Shown: positions 33,956 to 48,312 of the stretch, in pieces | How the letters are laid out: every line of letters starts with the position of its first letter | Numbering within the stretch: position 1 is the stretch's first letter | NCBI GenBank assembly: GCA_963813715.1 | Contig: CAWFAK010000017.1 | Location: 736,001 to 800,000, forward strand | Direction of reading: 5' to 3' | Origin: an uncultured Planctomycetaceae bacterium | Lineage (GTDB): Bacteria > Planctomycetota > Planctomycetia > Planctomycetales > Planctomycetaceae | Length of the DNA stretch: 64,000 bases | Notes under the pieces: model-generated | What the model was told of the DNA's origin: nothing | The model's input: the letters and a program-made list of their open reading frames with translations, nothing else | Databases searched by the model: none | Translations under genes and position numbers: made by a program

Positions 33956-35106
33956 TTAAACGCCCGCCGGTCCTGATTGCGCTCCGATTATTCTTGCCTT
34001 GGTGGGCAACGAAAATCGGAAGGTCGATCCGAACCCCTCCTTGCTGTCGACGGTCACCTTCCCACCCTCGGCCTCGGTAAACGTCTTCACGATCGCGAGG
34101 CCCAATCCCATTCCACTTTCGTTTGCTGGATCGGTTTCTCCCTTGTCGAAGATCTTTGCGAGAAGCTCTTCGGGGATGCCCGCGCCATTGTCACTGACCC
34201 AGCACTCAACGACACCTTCCGTATCAAGTTCACGGGCTCCGATGATCACTTCGCCGCGCGGCGTGTACTGGATGGCGTTGGCAATCAAGTTTTGAAAGAC
34301 ACGCCTCAATAATCCGGCGTCGGCATAGATCATCAAGTCGTCGGGCACCTTGTTGATCAGCCGAGTGCTGGCAGTGCCTGCCACCGGATGGAGATCGTGA
34401 ATGAGGCCCTCGACGAGCGGCCACAAATCAAACTCGCGCCGTACGACTTTGATCCCGATTTCAGTGTGAAGGTTCGAGTTTTCCTCGAGCACCTTGCCGA
34501 CCAGCTCTTCGAGATGCCGCACATTGCGACGCAAGGTCTTCAACATCTGGGCCATTTCAGCGTCACTGGTGCCTCGTTCCGCGAGCGTCAGTTCCAGAAC
34601 CCTCCCCGCGAGTGCGATGGCATTCAGCGGAGTTCGGAGATCATGTGCCACAAAGGCGAGATACTCTTCCCGGCGCCGCTGCACCTCCAGGCGCGCTGAG
34701 TGGCGTAGGCCTGCAATGCCAGGCCGATCGCATGGTCGAAGACCCGGTTGAGAATGTGGAAAGGCTTCCCTTGCAGGCTCAAACCGTTCTCGTCGGCAAG
34801 GTCGTGGATGCAGCCGCGCAGGATGTTGTATTCCGCAACGACCTCCTCAATATCAAATGCATCTTGGACGCGCTGCAGGCCATGAGCCGGAGGACTGCTG
34901 CCACTGAGCGATTCCGGGATCGTCTGGTCAGAATGTGATTCGAGGGCCCTAGCTAATTCGCCAAGCACTCCAGGCATGTGATCGTTGAGCGTCGGAATGT
35001 CCAGGTGCCGCGCGGAAGGGAGCTCCCGCACTTGTTGGCGCCATCGCGAGAGTAACGCTGGGCCTGCCTGCTTGATGAGCGCGGCCAGTTTGTCCAGATC
35101 GTTCAC
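33956..35106 (-). CDS. cytoplasmic histidine kinase with RsbRD_N-like N-terminal domain (frameshift about 34690)
   Basis: HGLQR..EVVAEYNILR; VAHDLRTPL, NLIANA, DNGAGI, GMGLGL. Confidence 0.85.
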
Positions 35107-35300
35107 GTGCTCAAACCTCAGGCTGATGTCGTCCAGCGAGCTTGTGCTCCCTATTATCCGACATCGGACGATTTAATGAGAGGGAACTAGCGGATTTCGG
35201 GCTCTCCCGCCCTCCCAGCTCAGGACATCCTAACGCATTACCAGATGAACGGATCGGCGCCTTCATCGGACCCAGCGCGCGGCTCTCCCGGGTTGCCAAG

Positions 35301-38313
<3,013 letters not shown>

Positions 38314-39099
38314 GGCTAGCTTTACTTGACGCTCAGGTGCCTCCGACCGCGACAACGAATTCATTTTGCGGCTGTTGCGACGGCGACGCAACAGGCGGCG
38401 AGGATCCCGGATCGATCACACCTTTGAGGCCATTTGCGCGTCCGAGAAATCGTTCCTTTTCCGGTCGTCTTCCAGACAAATCCGAGACGCGACCGTCCCC
38501 TGACATCGGAGTCCGGGAAAGTCATCAAGAAATTCAAAACACCGGGAACTCGTCGGATCCCGGGTTTCTGATTGGCGTGTTTTTGGGGGTGGCCGATCCG
38601 CTGTGCGTATCAGGAGGACCGCAACCGATAGATATGCCGGACCTCGCAGACCGGAAAAATCTTCAAAGTTGTTTACACGGCCGTAGAAACTCGAGATTGG
38701 CGGCGGGCCGTTGTTGCGGCAGGCTGGAGATAGCCGGCGTGCTGCGAGGCGAGGGAGGGTCGCCGTGCGCCGGTGGATCCTGTTGTCGATTGTCGGTCCC
38801 GCTTTGATGCAAGGCGGTCTGGTGCGGAGGCTGTCTTGTGCGGCGGCGAGGATGGTCAGAAATCTGTCCGGCGGGGTTCGGATCCCCGCCGGGGACGAAA
38901 TTTGGATCCCCGGCGGTGATGGGGATCCGTTTTCACTAGAGGGGCGAAAGATTCCCGGCAGCCTCGGTGAGCTGACTGTCAACGGTCAAGGTCCGGTCCG
39001 GACACTTTCGCCGACAGGGGGCTAAGTACTTTCACGGGGGGTTGGGCCACAATTTTTTTCTGTCTAGGTGACCCACGAAATTCGTGACCCACTGCTGAT

Positions 39100-39740
39100 C
39101 GCGGGACGGGACACGGGGGAGTTCAGGGTCCAAGGTCGAGAACGTCAGAGGGTCGCAATCCTGACTTTGGACTTTGGACCAGGGACCTTGGACCAAGACC
39201 GGGACGGGACACATTGGGACGGGACACGCGGGACACGCGAAGGATTGGAGGACAGACCCTCACCCCGGCCTCTCCCGGAGTACCGGGCGAGGGGGCAAGA
39301 GTGGGACGGGACACGTTGTTTTATCGGGGAAATTTCGAAGAATATTGCGCGGCGGAAAGAGGTTGGCCGGTGGGTCGGGACACTTTGTTTCACTAGGGAG
39401 ATGACCCACCAAAGTAGTTGACCCGCCTCACCGATGTTCGCGGGAGGACGGGACGGGACACATCTTTAATAGAAGGAAACGCCCCGGGTCTCCCTCACCC
39501 CGGCCCTCTCCCGGAGTACCGGGCGAGGGTGACAGCGTGGGACGGGACACGTTGTTTTATCGGGAAACGCTCGAAGAATGTTGGCGGCGGAAAGAGGTTG
39601 GCCGGTGGGCGGTGGGTCGGGACACTTTGTTTCACTCGGGAGATGACCCACCAAAGTAGTTGACCCGCTCCCCGCGGGACATTGGGACGGGAGGGCGGGA
39701 CGGGACACGTTGTTTCACCGAGAAAAGCCCTGAGAAATCG
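39100..39740 (+). repeat. non-coding repeat field: polarised GGGACGGGACAC motifs, about 170-bp direct repeat (39257-39426 / 39492-39668) and REP-like palindromes
   Basis: More than 10 GGGAC(GGGACAC) copies on one strand; CCCTCACCCCGGCC(C)TCTCCCGGAGTACCGGGCGAGGG at 39257 and 39492. Confidence 0.85.
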
Positions 39741-39774
39741 CCCTCACCCCGGCCCTTGTATGTTGAAAAAAGGT

Positions 39775-39995
39775 CGAATCTGCGCATTTGATGGGGACAG
39801 CTGTGGGAAAGCTTGCGAAGCGTAGCGAAGCAAGGTTTCCCACAGCGGCCGGCGGTAGATCGTCCGCCCTCAGGTCCAAGAAGACCGTGGGAGAGCTGGA
39901 TCGCCGCCGGTCTCATGAGATCAGCCCGAACAGCCGTCAGAGCCGTCGGGGCGCCAGTCGCCGCTCGAGCTCGCATTCGCAAGGACGGGACATCG
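39775..39995 (+). ncRNA. putative IS110 bridge RNA (5' hairpin, target-binding loop, donor-binding loop)
   Basis: Hairpin 39800-39846; loop 2 guides GTCCGCCCT (39862-70) and TGGGAGAG (39888-95) match the target; loop 3 guides ACAGCCG (39930-36) and CAAG (39980-83) match the donor junction; ends approximate. Confidence 0.8.
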
Positions 39996-39997
39996 TC

Positions 39998-40950
<953 letters not shown>

Positions 40951-41144
40951 CTCTTGAAAAGAAACACAGCCGCTCTCCCAGCAGATTGGGCGAGGGTGAA
41001 ACTGGCGGGACGGGACTCATTTGCAGCGGGGCGGGACAAGTTGACGGGACCGCAATGTGTCCCATGTTAATGTCGCTTGGCAAAAAGACTTAGGAGAAGC
41101 ACCGGACGGGACGGGACACGTGCTACTGATAGAACCGACGCGGG

Positions 41145-44100
41145 TCAATTCAGGGTTTCGAGCAAGGCGGTGGCGTCGCGGAGGTCGGGCGTTCCGAAGC
41201 CTTCGGAGTAGGTGCCGTAGATGGTGGCGAGTGCGGCGCGGGCTTCTTCGGGGCGGCCTTGTCGCTGCCAGAGTCGGGCCAGACTTGTCGTGGCTCGCAG
41301 TTCCCACGCTCGGCTCTGCTGGCGACGGGACGTGTCGAGGGCTTGGCGGAAGCAGGCTTCGGCGGCGGTTGCCTGGTCGGGGGACTCGGCCAGTAGGAGT
41401 TCGCCCTGCAGGCGGTGGAGTTCGGCCTCGTGGCAGCGGTCGTCGTTCTTTTCGGCGACGGCCAGCGCTTCGTCGAGCGTCTTGTGCGCCTCGGCGAAGC
41501 GGGCACATTGTGTATAGGCGTCGCCCAACAGTGCTAGGTAAGCCGGAGTGCGGACTTCGGCTCCGGTGGCCCGGAAATCGCGAAAGCCCTCGAGCAGGAG
41601 GGGCAGTGCTTCGTCGCGTCGCCCTTTCAGAAGCATTCCCGCCCCTTTGTGGAGCGTGGCCAACGCGTGCCACAGCTCAAAACTCTGCTCGGCTCCGAGC
41701 GTCAGCTCTTCGTCGGCGGCCTGCTGGACCTCGGGGCCGAGGCGGCAGTAGTGAGCGAGAAAGGCGGTGAAGTCGACGGCATGGCCGAGGCTGTAGGCGT
41801 GGCCGATGGTCCGGGCGAGTTCCCGCGCCTCGCCATCCAGCTTGAGTGCCTGGTCCGGGTAGCCCAGGTGCCACAGCGCCAGCGAGAGATAGTTGCGGTG
41901 CGTGACGCCCGCGTTGTGACCGGTCGAGGCGGTCCAGAATTTGGTGCGCTCGCGGTCGTCGTAGGCGGCCAGGGCCTTCTCGCAGTGATCGCGGGCCTCG
42001 GCGAATTGGCCGCGGTAAAACATCGTGGCGCCCGGCATGAATAAGGCTTCCATCCACATGCCGGGATCGTCCAAACGTTCGGCGAGGGCCATGCCGTCGG
42101 CGGCGAGGTCCACGGCGATCCGCAAATCGCCCCGCACGAGTCGCCACTCCCACATGCCCAGCATGATGCCGAAGAGCTGTCGCGGATCGCCGATTCGCTC
42201 GCAGAGTTCGCGGGCTCGCAGCAGAGTCGGTCCGACCTCGGGAGCGGCGTATCCGCGAACGGCGATGTACGCCGGGCCCAGCGTGGTGAGGAACTGCAAT
42301 TCGCGGCGGTCGCGCTCGGGAGTTTCCTCGAGCGTCCTCAAGAGCGCGAGACCTTTTGTGAGATGGCCGATCGCCTCGACGTCGGCCGAGCGTTCCTTCG
42401 ACCGCAGTCCGGCCTGCAACCAGTACCCGATCGCCTTTTCGGCAAGGCCCGCTTCCGTGAAATGGTGCGCGAGCAGCTCGGGCCGGGACTCGACAGTCTG
42501 CGGGAACCGGTTCTCCAGCGCGGCGGCGGCCCGTCCGTGGAATTCCTGTCTCCTCTTCTTCACCAGCGAGTTGTACAAGGCATCTTCGAGCAGGGCGTGC
42601 TTGAAGATGTACGTGCAGCCGGGCGGCCGGCCCTTCTGGAATAGAATCTCCGCCCGGACCAGTTTGTCGAGTTCGACGTCGAGGTCGGCCTCGTCGTGGG
42701 TCGTGACGGCAGCCATCAATTCGTGGCTGAACTCGCGGCCGAGCGTGGCGGCAAGCTGTGCGACCTCCTGTTCGCCTTCCATCCGATCGAGCCGGGCGTT
42801 CATGAGGTCTTGCAGCGTGGCGGGGATCTGGTGGGCTGGAAGGACGGTCGCCGGGGGGGTTCCGTCGCCCTTGCGCCGTGGCTGCCCCCGACTCTTGCAC
42901 CATCTTGGTGAACTCTTCGACGAACAGCGGGACGCCTCCGGTGCGATCATAGACTTGCTCGATGACCGCGTCGGAGAGTGCGCCGCCGGACTTCTTGCGC
43001 ATCAACTCGCCGGCCTGGCGTCGCGTCAGCCGGTTCAGGGCCAGGCTGGTTTGATGAGCGACGGCCGGCCAGGGCGTCTGAAATTCCGGGCGGAAGGTGA
43101 GCAGTGTGAGGATGCGATCGTGCAGACCCGCGGCAATAAACTGCCCCAAGAATTCCAAGGTGGATGCGTCCACCCAATGCAAGTCCTCGACGATGAGCAG
43201 AATCGGTCGCTGCGCGGCGCGGGCTTGCAGCCAGTCGACCAGCGCCCGAAAGGTCTCCTCGCGTTGCCGAGGCGGCGACAGCGAAAGCGGCGGGAAACGA
43301 TCGTTGGTCGGGAGCGACAGCAGGGACGCCCAGAGCGAGACGGTTTCCGGCCGGGCCAACCCGTATTGATCGAGGTAATGCACCAGCCGGTCGAAGCGGG
43401 CCTGCGTTGCGTGTTCGGTTCCGAGTTTATTCTCGGGCCCGAATTCGAGGGCGCGCTCGAAAAAGTCGATGGCGGGGTACAGGCCCGTGTTCTGGAAGTG
43501 GGGCGAGCAGCGCCATTCAATAACCGGCGAGTCAGTCTCGCCTTCGACGAGTTGACCGAGGACATGGTCCTTCAGCGTGTAGACCAATCGCGACTTGCCG
43601 AGGCCCGCTTCGCCGACGAGCAGCACGACTTGGCCCATTCCCTCGGCCGCCTGCTCCCAGCGATCCTTGAGGAGGCTCGTTTCCTGATCGCGGCCGGTCA
43701 GAGGCGAGAGTTCGGTCGGCGCCGACGCCTCGATCAAACTGCCGGCCCAAGCGATGCCCTCGACATGGAAAAGCTGGACCGATTGGGCCATGCCCTTGAT
43801 CTTCTTTTGCCCCAGGTCCGCACAGCGAAAGCGACCGCGGAACAGCCGGTGGGTGTCTTCCGTGCAAATGAGCTGGCCCGGCGCTGCCGACGTCGCCCAG
43901 GCGAAGGGCCGCATTTCGCGCTTCGCCGACCAGCGAGACCGCGTCATCCTTTTTCTCGACAACGGCCGGCCCTGTGTGAATGCCGACCCACGGATTCAGT
44001 TGCAGCTGGTGTTTGCGGCGGAGTCGCTCGCCCAGGTCTTTCAGCTCGTCGAGCATGCGAAGGCCGGCCCGAGCGGCGCGGCGGGCGGCGTCTTCGTATG

Positions 44101-45421
44101 CGACCGGGTAGCCGAAGCAGGCCAAGAATCCTTGTTCGTTGCATTGCACCACGGCCCCGTCCAGCCCGCGCACGGCCCGCTCGCAGATCTGCTCGAACAT
44201 CTGCAATACTTTGGCCTGGTCTTCGGCATCCAGGTTTTCGAGGTACGTCTCCGACTCGAACAGCTCCGAGGCGCAGACCAAAACCGTCACCTGGCGACGT
44301 TCGGCTTCACGCACGCGGCGGCGGGACGAAGACAGCGTCACCGATTCGTTCCGCGAGGTCTCTCGGTAGGACATCCCAGCGGGAATTCCGGTCGCCGGCT
44401 GTCGCAACGACGAGGGTGGCATCCCGGAGTCCGGCGTGGTCTGGAGGACGCGCCGCAGGTCGTCGGCAAAATCGGCTGCCGTCGTGTAGCGGTCCTGCAT
44501 TTTCTTGGCGAGCGCCTTGAGGCAAATCCGCTCTACTTCCGGCGGAAGTTCTCTGGCGACCTGACGGGGAGGCTGCGGCTCGTCGTCGCGCACCTGCCGC
44601 AAGAGTTCGTGCGACTGCTCCGCGCGGAAGGGAATGCGACCGCAGAGCATCTCGTAGAGGACCACGCCCAGGCTGTAAATGTCTGTGCGGCCGTCAATAC
44701 GATGGGCAGTGCCGACGACCTGCTCGGGCGCCATATAAGCCGGGGTGCCGGAAATAATGCCGAGTTCGCTGCCGCCGGCCGACGAATCGTCGAGCGCGAG
44801 GCCGAAGTCAACGAGCACGGGGGCGCCGCCGGACGTGAGAATGATGTTGGCGGGTTTCACGTCGCGGTGAATCGTGAACTGGGCGTGGGCATGAGCGAGC
44901 GCATCGGCCACGGCGGCGACAATCGTCACGGCGTGTTGCCACGAGGGCGAGTTGTGTTTCAGCCAGCGCGCCAGGTCCTGGCCGTCGAGATAGTCGGAGA
45001 CGATGAAGACCTGACCGTCCTGCGTGCCGACGTCGTGCACCGTCACGATTCCCGAGTGACGCAGCCGGGCAAGCCGCCGCGCCTCCTGCAGCAAACGGTC
45101 GGCCTCGGCGGGCGGTCCCTCAGCGCCGCCGCGAAAGACCTTGATCGCCACGGGCCGATCGAGTTGGCTGTCGTGACCCAGATAGACCGCACCAAAGCCG
45201 CCGTGTCCCAAAACCTTTCGCACCTGATAGCGGCCGAACGCGGGCGGAGGAGGCGGTAGGGGAGCCGGCGGCTGTGTGATCGCCGGTCCGGTAATTCCTC
45301 CGGGAACAAACGTCTGCTGGCTGTGCGATGCCTCGGCCGAAAACTCGAAAATCAGCGGAGGCGCAGACTCCGATTCGGGGGAGGGAGGATCGGGCGGATC
45401 GGGAGTAGTCGAACTATCCAC
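41145..45421 (-). CDS. Ser/Thr kinase - class III cyclase-like - AAA ATPase - TPR-like fusion (2 frameshifts)
   Basis: GHGGFG, HRDVKPAN, DFG; AERRQVTVL, FGYPVAYEDAARRA, GIHTG; GEAGLGKS, VEDLHW, GGVPLFVEE; YIFKHAL; ELRATTSLARL. Confidence 0.88.
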
Positions 45422-45695
45422 CCCGTGCGCTCCCAGGGAATGCTGAGGGGATTCAGAAACGCGCTCGATTGAAATCCGATTGGCGACGGCAAACAGCCCA
45501 CGGTCGCCAGCCGGCGGCAGTCGATTCGGGGCCCGCGATCAATCAGTATATCGAGCCGACGTTGCGCCAGGGGAGATTTCGCAATGCCTCTGAGGACCGG
45601 CATCAAAAGAGGTCTGAGTTCGACGGCCAAAATGCAAAATGCGCTCGGAAATGGTAAACTCAATTTCGTTCGACCTTCACCTCTGCGAGCCCATC

Positions 45696-46022
45696 ATGAT
45701 TCAAAATCGCGTCCGAATGCCCGAGTACCTTCGCCGCGGTTGTGCTCGCAAGCTGCAGACGGTCGAGACGAGCAATATCTTCCGGGCGATTCTCGCTTCT
45801 CTTTTGGAGGAAGATTGGACGACGCCGAACGTCGTGGAACTGCTGTTCTCTCGTGAACACCGCCTCTTGGGTCGCTCCGCTGGGGCAGTCAGCTTCAAAG
45901 CTTTTCATTGTGCTCAGCGCGGTTTGATTCGCAACATCCACGGGATCGCTGCGGTCGCCGAACTCGACGGAGATGAACTCGGCTATTTGCTCGGCCGAGT
46001 GGCGAAGATCAAGGTCGCCTGA
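45696..46022 (+). CDS. hypothetical protein (paralog of 51281..51595)
   Basis: Clear similarity to a second copy: WTTP, FKAFHC..RGLIRNIH, AAVAELDGDELGYLLG. Confidence 0.7.
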   Translation: MIQNRVRMPEYLRRGCARKLQTVETSNIFRAILASLLEEDWTTPNVVELLFSREHRLLGRSAGAVSFKAFHCAQRGLIRNIHGIAAVAELDGDELGYLLGRVAKIKVA

Positions 46023-46501
46023 GCGACCTTCTCTCGCGCCGGCCGGTCTTCCATTTCCGAAGTTGACCTCGGCGCTGTTGCTCGCTCGCGACGCATCAAC
46101 ACGTGCGATGCCCGTGCGTCCGTCGTGACGGTGTCTTAGCCGCCGAATGTGCGCACTCTGACCGACGCGAGCGAGATCCGGCTCGGATTGCTCCATCAGC
46201 GCAGCCTGTTCACTGGCGCTGCGCCAGGACGATCCGACAGCAGTGCCAAGCGCGGTGAACATTCTGCGCGCATCCGTCCTGCCACTCACCGCTGGTCCGT
46301 TGGTACATGGCTTGCACATCGTGAACCCGCTCACCGTCACCTTGGGAAGACAACGCTGAGATGGCGGGCAAAGCAGGCAGAAAGCAGGGCGAAGAAGTCG
46401 TCAGAGGCCTTTGGGCAATCAGTGTGGTTGTCGCACGGGCAGTTCGTGAAGCTGCGACATCGCCGTCGGAACCGCGGTTTTGAAAAAAGTGAGGGACGAA
46501 G

Positions 46502-47566
46502 ATGAAGCGAATGCGTAACTTGCGAATCGGCTTGACAATCTGCGCCATCACGACGTTCGCGATGGGAGTGGGGAGTCGGCTCATCGCTCAGGATCAGCCG
46601 GCGAATCAACGACCATCTAATCCACCCGCCGCGGCCGAGCCGCAACAGCGAGGAGCGGATCAGGCCGGTCGTCAGCCCGAACAATCGCGCGACCAGGCTG
46701 AACAGGGTCGCACAGGTGAGCAAGCGGGTCGCCCAGACGGCGCTCCTGGCTACAAAGGTCTCGGTATCCAGTTTGAGACGCAATCTTCTTCGGGGCGAGG
46801 GCTCGAAATCGCGAACGTTGCCCCAAACAGTGCGGCGGCGCAAGCCGGCCTACGAGCGCACGACAGATTGATTTCGATCGATGGTCGCCCCTTCAAGCAC
46901 CATCGTCATGCGAAGGCTTATTTGACCGCGCAAACGGGCCGTCCCGTGCCTCTGATTATCGAACGTGACGGACGCCAGTACATGATTCAGTATGTTGCCG
47001 GCCAGCCGGAGGGAGATAGCGGGTGGTTAGGAATTCTGCTGTACGGCGAGAATGAGATGGCTCCGAACGGACCAAGCCAGCCCGCGGCCCAGCCAAGCAG
47101 TCCAGAAGGAGGCCAAAATGTGCAAAACTCTCAGAATTCGCCGAGCAACACTGTGACGAACGGTGCTCAAAATGCACCCGGCCAACCGGGAGCACGCGTC
47201 GCCCAGATCTATCCGGGAAGCCCCGCCGCCCGTGCAGGGCTACAGCCCGGCGACCTCGTGACGCAGATCAACGGTCAGAAGATCGATGATCCCGCGGAAT
47301 TGATCGCTCTCGTCCACGAGATGAAGCCGCAGACCCAAGCCGAGTTCGAGGTCACGCGGGAAAACCAGCCGCAAAAGATCTCGGTCACGATCGGCAGCCG
47401 AGCCAGCGAGTTTGCTGAAAGCCAGTCCGGTCCCGGACAGGGTCAGTACAGTCAAGTACAGGGACAGGCCGGTCCGGATCCGAACGCTCTGCAACGAATC
47501 GAAGAAGAAATGCGGCAGCTGCGCGACGAGATCCGGCAACTGCGTGAGCAATTGCAGAAGAAGTAA
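46502..47566 (+). CDS. secreted tandem-PDZ protein with C-terminal coiled coil
   Basis: Signal peptide; GLGI..VAPNSAAAQAGL..DRLISIDG; WLGI..IYPGSPAARAGLQPGD; EEMRQLRDEIRQLREQL. Confidence 0.8.
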   Translation: MKRMRNLRIGLTICAITTFAMGVGSRLIAQDQPANQRPSNPPAAAEPQQRGADQAGRQPEQSRDQAEQGRTGEQAGRPDGAPGYKGLGIQFETQSSSGRGLEIANVAPNSAAAQAGLRAHDRLISIDGRPFKHHRHAKAYLTAQTGRPVPLIIERDGRQYMIQYVAGQPEGDSGWLGILLYGENEMAPNGPSQPAAQPSSPEGGQNVQNSQNSPSNTVTNGAQNAPGQPGARVAQIYPGSPAARAGLQPGDLVTQINGQKIDDPAELIALVHEMKPQTQAEFEVTRENQPQKISVTIGSRASEFAESQSGPGQGQYSQVQGQAGPDPNALQRIEEEMRQLRDEIRQLREQLQKK

Positions 47567-47599
47567 AATCACCGATTTTCGCAAACCGGAGAACGAATC

Positions 47600-47995
47600 A
47601 TGAGACGGAACGTTGGAACCTTATTGTGCGGGGCCCTGCTGGGTGTCCTCGCCATCACGTCTTGGGCATCCACGGCATCGGCCCAAGAGCGCGGAGTGAG
47701 ACGCGGTAACGTAGCACGCGGAGAAGTGCGTGAGGGCTGGCGCGGCGACGGCGCTCGTCCCGGCGCTTGGAACGGGGGTTATCGCGGCGGCTACTACCGC
47801 GGGTACGGCTATGGCGGATATCCGGCTTACGGATCGAATTACTACGGCGCGACTTATTACCCCGGCTATTACAACGGCTACTACACCGGGACCCCAGGTG
47901 TCTATGTCGGCGCTGGCCCGGTCGGTGTTGGCGTCGGCGGTGGGGGTGCTGGAGTAGGCGTGGGCGGAGCCGGTTTCGGCTTTGGGTGGTGGTAG
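47600..47995 (+). CDS. secreted Gly/Tyr-rich small protein
   Basis: Signal peptide (ASA|Q), GYYRGYGYGGY and GVGVG repeats; GGAG RBS. Confidence 0.7.
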   Translation: MRRNVGTLLCGALLGVLAITSWASTASAQERGVRRGNVARGEVREGWRGDGARPGAWNGGYRGGYYRGYGYGGYPAYGSNYYGATYYPGYYNGYYTGTPGVYVGAGPVGVGVGGGGAGVGVGGAGFGFGWW

Positions 47996-48312
47996 GACGA
48001 CCGAGTTTTTCCCAAGATCAAAACCCTAGTCATATGCCCCGTCCGCTCTCGCCGTCGCTTGGGCCTTCAACTCCATTTAGGCCGAGCGACGGCAGGCGCG
48101 GACGGGGTAGCCTCGTTCAACTGGTCCGAACTGAGGGCTAATACTCTCCTCGAGTCCGGTTCGACAGGCCTGGGTCGACCATGGTCGCTCGGTCTCCCCT
48201 AACAACTGACACGATCTCGGGGCAGTCAGAACACGAGAGCAAAAGGATTGCTCGTAACTGATTGCAGGCTTAAAAAGCAGGAGTGACCTAGGAGTGCGGC
48301 CGGGAGGCGCCG

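Noticed and set aside
38416..39025. ORFs in the intergenic region upstream of the kinase
   Set aside because: No recognisable motifs; Pro/Arg-rich composition typical of spurious frames
39100..39740. CRISPR array
   Set aside because: Repeats are about 12 bp, irregularly spaced, with duplicated rather than unique intervening sequence; no cas genes
39788..39997. 70-aa N-terminal extension of the transposase in the ORF track
   Set aside because: Low-complexity Arg/Ser translation of the structured non-coding end; the DEDD domain starts at ATG 39998
42025..44520. 831-aa plus-strand ORF and similar long ORFs (24484-25773, 28872-30158, 43754-45259)
   Set aside because: Antisense shadows of real genes in GC-rich DNA
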